From an uncultured cyanobacterium (GTDB taxonomy: Bacteria > Cyanobacteriota > Cyanobacteriia > Cyanobacteriales > Nostocaceae), in assembly GCA_963706595.1 (NCBI GenBank), contig OY970166.1:4640001-4704000 (forward strand): a DNA stretch of 64,000 nt. The letters are read 5' to 3'. How positions within the stretch are numbered: the stretch's first letter is position 1; every line of letters begins with the position of its first letter. The notes beneath the pieces are model-generated. The model did no database searches. It was given only the letters and a program-made list of their open reading frames with translations, and was not told the origin of the DNA. The position numbers were made by a program, and so were the translations under genes. This document shows, piece by piece, positions 33,844-42,424 of the stretch.

Positions 33844-35403
33844 ATGCGAGAATTCTGGAAATATCTACTTGTTAGTCCGGTATTTGGCGGTACTTTGCTA
33901 TGTTTTAGCACTGCTGTCTATGCAGGGGAAATACCCACCACATCAGCAATAAATAGTCCAGAGATTAAAACTGAGAACCTCACAACAGGTCAGGTAATGG
34001 CGCAAATTACCTCAGTTTCTCAGTTATCCGATGTGCAACCTACTGATTGGGCTTTTCAAGCATTGCAATCTTTGGTAGAACGTTACGGTTGTATTGCAGG
34101 TTATCCAAATAGCACTTATCGCGGTAATCGGGCGTTGACTCGATATGAATTCGCGGCTGGTTTGAATGCTTGTCTGGATCGGGTGAATGAACTAATCGCT
34201 ACCGCTACTAGCGATATGGTGACACAACAAGATTTAGGCACATTACAAAGACTGCAAGAAGAATTTTCCGCAGAACTCGCAACACTACGGGGTCGCGTGG
34301 ATTCACTAGAAGCACGGACATCGGAATTGGAAGCGAATCAGTTTTCCACTACAACCAAACTGCAAGGGGAAGTCGTCGCAGTTATTAGTGATGTTGCTAG
34401 AGGTGACGTTATAGCCGGGAATACCACCCTGGGAGCGCGGACACGGATTCAATTTGTCACCAGTTTTACAGGGAGAGATACCCTGTTTACGAGAATCCAA
34501 AGTAATAATATTGTCAACCCTAGAATTGGGACAGAAGAGGGTAAATTTGCCTTTGCGGGTGAGGATGGGACTAACAATGCGGCAATAGATGCACTGTTTT
34601 ACAAATTTCCCCTGGGTGCAAACACACAGGTAATTGCGATCGCCAATAATGGTGCAGCAGATGACCTCACTAGTACAGTAAATATATTTGATGGTGATGG
34701 TAGTAGTGGGGCTTTGACTACCTTTGGGACGCGTAACCCAATTTACAACCAGATCGGTGGTGCGGGGTTGGGAATTACCCAGGAATTCGGTGATAAATTA
34801 GCACTCAGCTTAGGATATTTAACTGGCACAGCCAGTGACCCCTCACCTGGGAGTGGTTTGTTTGATGGTGCTTACGGTGCTTTGGCACAATTAACATTCA
34901 GACCAAGCGATCGCATTGCGGTAGGTTTAACTTACATTAATTCCTACAAACAGCCACTAATCAGTGGTAGCAATAACGCAACCTCAAATTTTAATGGGGA
35001 TGCCTTCTCCAGCGATTCCTACGGTATCCAAGCATCTCTTGGCATCAGTGAAAAATTGGTCTTAGGCGGTTGGGCAGGATACACCAACAGCCGCGCCTTG
35101 ACAGGCGTTCAAGGCGAGGCTGACATTTGGAATTATGCCGTTACCCTGGGTTTTCCTGACTTGGGTAAAAAGGGTAACTTAGCTGGGATTATTGCTGGTG
35201 TAGAACCTAGAGTCACAAGTTCCACCATCACAGGTGTCGATAGAGATAGAGATACTTCCTATCACCTTGAGGCTTTCTACCAGTACAGGCTGACTGACAA
35301 TATTACTGTTACCCCTGCTGTTATCTGGTTGACATCTCCGGATCATAACAGTGACAACCGTGATGTTGTGATTGGTGCGCTCAGAACTAGATTTAGTTTC
35401 TAG
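33844..35403 (+). CDS. SLH-domain cyanobacterial porin (OprB-like)
   Basis: SDVQPTDWAFQAL SLH domain, coiled coil, QFSTTTKL, terminal RTRFSF. Confidence 0.92.
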   Translation: MREFWKYLLVSPVFGGTLLCFSTAVYAGEIPTTSAINSPEIKTENLTTGQVMAQITSVSQLSDVQPTDWAFQALQSLVERYGCIAGYPNSTYRGNRALTRYEFAAGLNACLDRVNELIATATSDMVTQQDLGTLQRLQEEFSAELATLRGRVDSLEARTSELEANQFSTTTKLQGEVVAVISDVARGDVIAGNTTLGARTRIQFVTSFTGRDTLFTRIQSNNIVNPRIGTEEGKFAFAGEDGTNNAAIDALFYKFPLGANTQVIAIANNGAADDLTSTVNIFDGDGSSGALTTFGTRNPIYNQIGGAGLGITQEFGDKLALSLGYLTGTASDPSPGSGLFDGAYGALAQLTFRPSDRIAVGLTYINSYKQPLISGSNNATSNFNGDAFSSDSYGIQASLGISEKLVLGGWAGYTNSRALTGVQGEADIWNYAVTLGFPDLGKKGNLAGIIAGVEPRVTSSTITGVDRDRDTSYHLEAFYQYRLTDNITVTPAVIWLTSPDHNSDNRDVVIGALRTRFSF

Positions 35404-35436
35404 ATAAGTAGCTCAAACTTAAAAAACGTAATACCC

Positions 35437-35469
35437 AGATCCCCGACTTCTTTGAGAAGTCGGGGATCT
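35437..35469. terminator. Palindrome after the porin gene
   Basis: GATCCCCGACTTCT-TTG-AGAAGTCGGGGATC perfect stem. Confidence 0.65.
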
Positions 35470-35508
35470 ATAATCTTCAAGGTTTTATGTTTAGTTTTTA
35501 GATGAAAC

Positions 35509-35612
35509 AAAAAAGACCAGCATTGCACAGACTGGCCTAAAATATGTTTTTCCGCGTTGTCTTCTCATAGAGTTAAAACCAAATTGCGCGTTCCCAAAAT
35601 CAACGGGCAACC
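35509..35612 (-). ncRNA. Candidate small regulatory RNA (possibly PsrR1-like)
   Basis: Non-coding unit ending in GGCCAG...CTGGTC plus U-tract, preceded by TTGACT and an HLR1-like GTTACAAT-N-GTTAAGAA repeat. Confidence 0.4.
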
Positions 35613-36031
35613 TTTCTTAACAATATTGTAACAGTCAACACAGTTTTTTTATAAAAATAAATCAAAAAAAGATATCCCCGTAGGAAACCAGCCTCTATCT
35701 TTGAGAATAAATTTTAACTACCGTGAGGTATAGCCCGGAGGCTGAGGAAAAGTTTTGACTTCCGAATCACCAATGAATTAGGAATTACGCAAAAACTCTC
35801 TTAAATCCTCTTTCCTCGGTGTACTCTGTGCCTCTGTGGTATGCGCTACGCGTTAGCGGAGCTTTCGCGTTAGCGATACGTTTTCCCATAAATTTGCGTA
35901 AGTCCTGTAAATCAGGAATAAAAAACTAACCTCACCCCCAGCCCCTCTCCTTAGCAAGGAGAGGGGAGACTTTGACACAAATTCTTAGGCGGAGTGAGGT
36001 AAAAACCCAGATGTGAATCTGATTTAAATTC

Positions 36032-36155
36032 CTAATGACTAATGACTAATGACTAATGACTAATGACTAATGACTAATGACTAATGACTAATGACTAATG
36101 ACTAATGACTAATGACTAATGACTAATGACTAATGACTAATGACTAATGACTAAT
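36032..36155. repeat. Perfect STRR array (CTAATGA) x ~17.7
   Basis: 124 nt of uninterrupted heptamer. Confidence 0.97.
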
Positions 36156-37864
36156 TGCGGCTGTCCCCAGAGGATGCGCTCTTGCTTGTAAATGGCAATA
36201 CCTGGCTTGGCTCCTTTGGGTTTGTAAACGTGCTTGGGCTGAGTATAAACGACTGGTACTTGCTCACTCTGACGCGCACGACTGTAGTAGGCGGCGAGAT
36301 TAGCTACAAATTGTAAATCTGCTGCTTCTGGAACTGTACCCGGTTCTAAACGCAGTAACAGATGACTTCCCGGAATTTCTTGAGCGTGGAACCACAAATC
36401 ATAATCTCCAGCTACGCGAAAGCTCAATTGATCATTTTGGCGATTGTTCCGACCGATTAAGACTTCAAAATTGTTAGGGGTGCGGTAACGATGAAAGTTT
36501 GTAGCGGCTGTTTCGCTGGTACTGCGGCTGCGATATCCGGGATCTTCTAAATATTTTTGTCCAATTAACTCGTCGCGGATTTCTTCTAAAGCCTGTAAAT
36601 CTGCTGCTGTTTGGTAGTTTTCTATCTGCGTTATCGCAGCTTCTACTTGTTCTAAATAGCTAATATCTGATTGTACATCCAAAAGTAACGGTTCCACAGC
36701 CGCACGAGCGCGTTTGAGTTTTTGGTGCTGTTTATAAAGGCGTTGGGCATTTTGAACGGCGTTTTTATCTGGTTGGAGAGCGATCGCAATGGGCTGATCT
36801 GTCTCAAAATCAGGTAGGATAATTTCTTTCATCCCTGGTTGCCATTTTTGCAGGTTAGACATCAACAAATCAGCTTTGGCTCGGTATTCATCCGCTTGAT
36901 CTGATTGCCGCAAGCGTTCCGAAAAAGTTTGTCCTTTATTGCGTAATTTTACTAAAACATTATGTAATTTCTGGTTTAATTGATGCCGTAACTGAGCAAA
37001 TACTTGCTGATTTGATTGGTCAGTGTAGTACCTATTCAGTAAGGTTTGGATGTCTTTTTCTGGTGCAACTGCGCCCCAACCCATGACGGTATAACCATTT
37101 GCTGTCCAAGCTGGTTGAAATTTACTTAACTCCAATGCTTGTAGCCATTCTTGCCAACGGGTAAATAGTCTTTGCCAGTCTTCAGCTTTGAGCTGATCGG
37201 TGGTTGTGTCTGGGGCTAAATCTGCTGCAATTACCATAGATTCTACCAGTGCCGAACTCAAGCCGCTATAACTTTTTAATAACTGACGCTTGATTGCTCC
37301 TGGGACTAAGCTTACCCGTTCTTGCCAGCGTTCTGGGGTTTCACTCAAACTGGGAACAGGTCCAGTTAATTTTGGTGGGGTTTCATAAGACTGTCCGGTT
37401 TGGATGGGACGGACGCTAGACTGATGCTGACCAACTTGATGGGCAGCTGTAATAATCATTTTGCTGGCATCGGTGAGGATAGCGTTACTATATTTGCCCA
37501 TCACTTCCACGTATATGTGGTATAATGCCTCTTCTCCAGGACGACGGGCAAATTGCAAGTCCACAACCCGCTCCCAAGGGGCGATCGCTTGAATGTCCAC
37601 CAAGGCCAAACCACCCAATTGGTGTACTAATTGCTGGCTGAAGGTGAAGGTATCTGGTAATCGTGGTGGTGGTTCACCTACACAAATCCGCGCCGCTTGG
37701 GGATGCCAAGAAATCTCTAGCCAATCCCTTTGTTTAAGGGTGCGTAATGCTACCGCAATAGTATAGCGATCGCGCTGATAAACTTGTTCTAATCGAGATG
37801 GCAGCCAGTGAGCGCGTAGTTCGCTACAAGAAGCTGTGAGAGTAGTATAGTCAACTGGTTGCAC
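36137..37864 (-). CDS. rqcH: NFACT/RqcH (FbpA-like) ribosome quality-control protein
   Basis: EVMGKYSN, GRNNRQND and WFHAQEIPGSH motifs. Confidence 0.88.
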   Translation of the reverse strand: MQPVDYTTLTASCSELRAHWLPSRLEQVYQRDRYTIAVALRTLKQRDWLEISWHPQAARICVGEPPPRLPDTFTFSQQLVHQLGGLALVDIQAIAPWERVVDLQFARRPGEEALYHIYVEVMGKYSNAILTDASKMIITAAHQVGQHQSSVRPIQTGQSYETPPKLTGPVPSLSETPERWQERVSLVPGAIKRQLLKSYSGLSSALVESMVIAADLAPDTTTDQLKAEDWQRLFTRWQEWLQALELSKFQPAWTANGYTVMGWGAVAPEKDIQTLLNRYYTDQSNQQVFAQLRHQLNQKLHNVLVKLRNKGQTFSERLRQSDQADEYRAKADLLMSNLQKWQPGMKEIILPDFETDQPIAIALQPDKNAVQNAQRLYKQHQKLKRARAAVEPLLLDVQSDISYLEQVEAAITQIENYQTAADLQALEEIRDELIGQKYLEDPGYRSRSTSETAATNFHRYRTPNNFEVLIGRNNRQNDQLSFRVAGDYDLWFHAQEIPGSHLLLRLEPGTVPEAADLQFVANLAAYYSRARQSEQVPVVYTQPKHVYKPKGAKPGIAIYKQERILWGQPQLVISH

Positions 37865-37935
37865 AAGAGTTAATTTTACGTATTACTGACCAATAGTTCT
37901 TTAATAGTACAAGCCCTCTGATTTATCAGTGGAAT

Positions 37936-37968
37936 CAATCCAAAATCCAAAATCCAAAATCCAAAATC
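37936..37968. repeat. STRR (AATCCAA)n
   Basis: About 4-5 tandem heptamers at the sps stop. Confidence 0.8.
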
Positions 37969-39239
37969 TAAAATTGTTTGGCTAATGCTGGTTCTTTTAC
38001 CGATTGCTGCAAAATTTGGGTGTAAAGTTCACCTAGCTGAGTGGCGACACCATCCCAACTAAACTTACTTTCTACGCGTTTTCTGCCAGCTTGACCTAAT
38101 TCTTCTCCCCATTGTGGATTTAATAAAATGCGGTCAATCGCAGCTGCAAAGGCGGCTACATCTTGGGGTGGAGCTAACAAACCTGTGACTTCGGGAACTA
38201 CAGTAAATTGAAGTCCACCAACATCACTGGCGACGACAGGTGTACCACAGGACATGGCTTCAATGGCCACGAGTCCAAAGGGTTCATAGTGACTGGGAAC
38301 GACGCAAACATCAGCCGCAGCGTAATAAGTGGGCAGTATTTCCTGACTGAGGCGACCGGGGAGGATGGTAAATTCACTCATACCTAATTCGTTGATGATA
38401 TTCTGGATGCGATCGCGTTCAATACCGTCACTATTACCGGGGGTGCTACCACCACCAATAATTAATTTTAGGTTGCGATCGCCACGTAACTGAGATTCGT
38501 TGACGGCGCGGACTAAAGTTTCTATGCCTTTGCGTGGATCAAAACGTCCTACATACAATACAAGTTTAGTTTCTGGAGCAATTCCTAATTCTAACCTAGC
38601 TGCTTGGCGCTCAACAGAACCAAATCGGCGAATATCTGTACCGCAGGGAATAATCTCAATATTACCTTGAGTAGAAACAAGCGATCGCATATGTTGCTGT
38701 TCCTGGGGACTTGTGGCAACAATGCATTCTGCCGTTTCCAATACCTCTTTTTCCACTGCTAATCGCTGACTAGCAATCAGAGGAATTGTTTCTATTGTAT
38801 TATACTTAACCGCTCCTAAAGAATGGTAGGTATGAACCTGCTGAGTACCTTGAATTTTTTTCAGTTGCATCCCTATCCAGCTAGAGTGCCAGTAGTTTGT
38901 GTGAACTAACTGATACGTGATCTGATTCTCTGCTTGGAATTGGAGGAAATTAGCCAAAAATTCCGGCATATAGTCCAAAAGTTGATCTCGTGGCACAAAT
39001 TCTACAGGGCCTGCTGCTAGACGAATATTGCGACAATTTTGGCTAATTTGAACAATTGTCTCTTGCTCTATACTCACTTTGCGGGTAAACGTATCAACTT
39101 GCCATCCTAGCTGTGCTAGTGCTTCACCCACATTACGCACATAAACATTTTGTCCACCAGCTTCTTCCTTACCAATTTCAATCGCCGGATCTCCATGAAC
39201 AGAAATTAAGGCAATACGTTTGTCGGTAGTAGCGTTCAT
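37968..39239 (-). CDS. spsB: GT4 glycosyltransferase, sucrose-phosphate synthase type
   Basis: ISVHGDP...EAGGQNVYV, HTYHSLG and EPFGLVAIEA motifs; resembles Anabaena single-domain SPS. Confidence 0.7.
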   Translation of the reverse strand: MNATTDKRIALISVHGDPAIEIGKEEAGGQNVYVRNVGEALAQLGWQVDTFTRKVSIEQETIVQISQNCRNIRLAAGPVEFVPRDQLLDYMPEFLANFLQFQAENQITYQLVHTNYWHSSWIGMQLKKIQGTQQVHTYHSLGAVKYNTIETIPLIASQRLAVEKEVLETAECIVATSPQEQQHMRSLVSTQGNIEIIPCGTDIRRFGSVERQAARLELGIAPETKLVLYVGRFDPRKGIETLVRAVNESQLRGDRNLKLIIGGGSTPGNSDGIERDRIQNIINELGMSEFTILPGRLSQEILPTYYAAADVCVVPSHYEPFGLVAIEAMSCGTPVVASDVGGLQFTVVPEVTGLLAPPQDVAAFAAAIDRILLNPQWGEELGQAGRKRVESKFSWDGVATQLGELYTQILQQSVKEPALAKQF

Positions 39240-39665
39240 AGTTTGTGTGTTGCTAATTCTAGGAATATATCGTCAAAGTTTCGCCGCGCAAACTTAACTA
39301 AACTATGGAGGAACTTTGAGTAAAATTTATTTTAATTTAATTATGTCAAACATTTTCATCTGCTAGCTTCCCGGTCTATAGTTATTTACACAGTAATTTT
39401 CTGGAACTTCTTTATACATAAATAACTATATTTATATCTAATGCTTTTGATAGATAAACTTCGATTTCACGGTCATAAAAACAACCCACCCCAAAGACTG
39501 GCTCGGAGGTGGTAACTAAGATATGGCGATAATAACTGTGAAAAATTAACCAAAACTGGCGATCGCACTGACAACATTGGCAAAATCACCATTTCAACAA
39601 GGTACTATGGGGAAGTGACACACTCCACACACTGACCTGAGTACAACAGGTACAGTGTGGGCTTC

Positions 39666-40859
39666 TCAACCAATCCGGCTATTGCTTAGGAGGCGTTGAG
39701 CTTTAAGAACCGCGTGACCGTCGGCTCTATTCTTTATATTGATTGCTGCATTGTGGTCACGGTCAAGACTGCATCCACAATTAAGGCAGTCATGCCAGCG
39801 TTCGTGCAGCTTTTTAGGAACTTTCACCCCACAACTAGAACAATCTTGTGATGTACCTGATGGATTCACTGCGATTACCAATAACCCAGCATTTACGGCT
39901 TTGGTTGTCAATATGGACAGGAAGCTTGACCATCCAGCGTCATGTACAGATTTGGCTAGCATGGAAAGAGAAAGACCTTTAACGTTTAAATCTTCATGAA
40001 CTACAACGTCATATTTTTTCAGGAGATTGTTCGCTATTTTCAAGTGAAAGTCTTTACGTTTATCAGCTACTTTTTTGTGCTGCTTGGCGACTTGCTGAAT
40101 AGCTTTTTTACGCCGATTACTTCCTTTTTTCCGGCGTGAGATCCGTTTTTGAATGACCCGTAATCGCTTTTGAGATTTACGGTAATGCTGAGGGATCGGG
40201 ACAACATTACCCTCGGAAGTTGTCAAAAAGTCTTTTAAACCCAGGTCGATACCAGTTATAGAATCTGGATTGAAATCAGGTTTAATTGTGGGAACTGTCG
40301 CATCTTCAAGGCTTAAACTCAAATAATAACCATCAGCTTTTTTTGTTACTGATGCGGTTTTAATTTTAAATCCGTCAGGTATTGGGCGGTGCAAAATCAC
40401 CTTGACCATACCAAACATCGGCAAAGTGATCAGACTGCCTTGTAAACACCCATCTTTTATCTGTGGATATGTAAACGTGCGGTAACGTTCACGAGATTTA
40501 AAGCGAGGTCGCCCACTTCGTTTTCCATTGCTATCACCTTTTAAAAAACGGTCAAATGTCACCTTCACTCGTTTAACTATGTCCTGTAATACCTGCGAGT
40601 AAATTTCGCCGTACCAAGGATGAGTTTTTTTAAGCTGTGGTAGCGTTTTCTTTTGTGAATAATAGTCTGGGTTATCCCTTAATTCTGGTATATGGCAGAC
40701 CAGAGGACAAGCGTTAATCGGTGAACGATTGCGCTCATACCAATCAAATCTATCAGCCAACAGATAGTTGTACTGTGAACACAGCATAGCCAACCATCTG
40801 TCTATTTCAATGGCTTGCTTTGTTGTTGGTCGTAGCTTATATTGGTACGCTGTCCTCAC
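39666..40859 (-). CDS. tnpB: TnpB RNA-guided endonuclease (IS605/IS1341-type)
   Basis: Intact RuvC GIDLG / VHEDL / DRDHNAA and a CxxC...CxxC zinc finger. Confidence 0.95.
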   Translation of the reverse strand: MRTAYQYKLRPTTKQAIEIDRWLAMLCSQYNYLLADRFDWYERNRSPINACPLVCHIPELRDNPDYYSQKKTLPQLKKTHPWYGEIYSQVLQDIVKRVKVTFDRFLKGDSNGKRSGRPRFKSRERYRTFTYPQIKDGCLQGSLITLPMFGMVKVILHRPIPDGFKIKTASVTKKADGYYLSLSLEDATVPTIKPDFNPDSITGIDLGLKDFLTTSEGNVVPIPQHYRKSQKRLRVIQKRISRRKKGSNRRKKAIQQVAKQHKKVADKRKDFHLKIANNLLKKYDVVVHEDLNVKGLSLSMLAKSVHDAGWSSFLSILTTKAVNAGLLVIAVNPSGTSQDCSSCGVKVPKKLHERWHDCLNCGCSLDRDHNAAINIKNRADGHAVLKAQRLLSNSRIG

Positions 40860-40920
40860 TTATCTACCCTCAACTATAAGACTATGATACGATAACAGTG
40901 ACAACAACGGGTAGACAATT

Positions 40921-41124
40921 ATGAAAACTACTAGATTAAATGTCAGAATGTCTGAGCGCAGATTGAACAAACTTCGCTCTTATGCTGTAACGAAAGATAA
41001 AACAGTCACGCAGATAGTAGAAGACTGGGTTGACAGATTACCAAATACACTTGTGTTGAGCGAAGTGGAAACAGAGATCGTTAAAAATAATGCTGACCCC
41101 CTTCCTGTCAATCCTCCGGATTGA
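40921..41124 (+). CDS. Ribbon-helix-helix (CopG/Arc-like) DNA-binding protein
   Basis: TRLNVRMS beta-strand followed by two helices; divergent from tnpB, inside the element. Confidence 0.7.
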   Translation: MKTTRLNVRMSERRLNKLRSYAVTKDKTVTQIVEDWVDRLPNTLVLSEVETEIVKNNADPLPVNPPD

Positions 41125-41263
41125 ATTGGGCGGAGGTCGCGTTATTTTTAATCGCCTTATATCTCACCACTAAACGGAATACCGTTTTAGTGGGAGGCTT
41201 ACGGCGAAATAGCTAAAACCTAAAAACCGCAATTTTTAAGTTTTAATTCCTATCCCCATAGAC

Positions 41264-41761
41264 TTAATTCGTAGTTTGTGCAGCTAGCATCTGCTTGAGC
41301 TTTTCTAATTCAGAAGCCCAACGTGGATCGGGACGAATAGTATCTGAGTCAGCACTTGTGCTGGTTTCCCGGACACCACCGCCACCGCCACGGCGAGACT
41401 TCTTAGCGCTTTTCTCACGACGAGCGCCTTCTTTTTGGATAGTTGGCGCGGGATGACTAGGAGTACTAGTAGCTGCTTTAATGGGCTGCTCGTCACCTTC
41501 CTCACCTTTTGTCCGAGGTAATGCTTTTTCTAGCTTAATGGGAGTCTCTTTAAACAATTGACCACTATACTTTTCAATAATTTGATCAGCTTGTTCGTCA
41601 TTGTTGACTGTGAGAAACCCGAAACCACGGCATTTACCCGTTTTCCGGTCTTTAATTAGTTTTGTAGTCACAGCATCGCCTTCTTCGGCAAAAACTGCTT
41701 GTAGATCCTGACGATCTATTTCTTCTTTTGGCAAATTGCCTATATATAGGCGAACGGACAT
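41264..41761 (-). CDS. rbpG: RRM RNA-binding protein (RbpG/Rbp3 class)
   Basis: RNP2 LYIGNL, RNP1 RGFGFL and C-terminal PDPRWA. Confidence 0.85.
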   Translation of the reverse strand: MSVRLYIGNLPKEEIDRQDLQAVFAEEGDAVTTKLIKDRKTGKCRGFGFLTVNNDEQADQIIEKYSGQLFKETPIKLEKALPRTKGEEGDEQPIKAATSTPSHPAPTIQKEGARREKSAKKSRRGGGGGVRETSTSADSDTIRPDPRWASELEKLKQMLAAQTTN

Positions 41762-42424
41762 GGACTATACCTCCAGAGTTGAACGAACATGGCAAGGCAA
41801 GAAAACAATCACTTGGCTTTGGCTATTAAATAGATGCTATTGACCAAGACTGCCGTAAACCAAATTTTTTACTCCAAACTGTCAATCTATACAATACAGT
41901 TTTTCGTTGGGATCAAGCTTGTTTAATACAAAAGCGTAGACAACGCTCGGCTAATACCACCTTAATTCTAAGAATCGTAAATTTATAAGCCTTGGCTTGC
42001 TAAAGTAAATATCTTCTTTGATAACCTTGCCCGCAGAATTAAATACCATTCCTTACATTACCACGGTATTATCTACGTAGCTAGTTCAGAGCATACATTT
42101 CCAACGATAGCATTAATATATCGTAGCATAAAATACATTTTTTCTCCAGAAAAATTATCAGAAACAAGCACCAGCTATTATCTGGTGAATTTGTTGCTGT
42201 ATAAGGACGATAAAAAGGATATATTTGCACGAATTAGCCAATTTTAGATAACCAAGCTATATTGCTCAGTTAATTCGATTGTGAGGGATTACGTAAATAA
42301 ATGTAACGTTCATTCATAAAATTTGCAACTTTTATTTACATTCCCAATGGTGAAAGAAGAGGGCAGGGTGCAGGGAAGTAGGGGCGTATTGTAATACGCC
42401 CCGGCTGAGGAACGCCTAGCGGTG

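Larger units (their letters stand above)
39615..41212 (-). mobile_element. Non-autonomous IS200/IS605-family element (tnpB plus RHH gene, no tnpA)
   Basis: Right end finishes ...GTGTCAC after a subterminal hairpin; left end has hairpin CCACTAAAACGG..CCGTTTAGTGG and follows host TTAG. Confidence 0.8.

Noticed and set aside
35664..35775. 6S RNA, RNase P RNA, SRP RNA or a known riboswitch
   Set aside because: Diagnostic motifs or length do not fit by eye; kept only as an unexplained structured element.
36032..36155. Possible CRISPR array
   Set aside because: Pure heptamer tandem with no spacers; no cas genes in the window.
39666..40859. Cas12k/Cas12f effector of a CRISPR or CAST system
   Set aside because: 397 aa with an intact RuvC triad and IS605-type ends; no array and no tnsBC/tniQ nearby.
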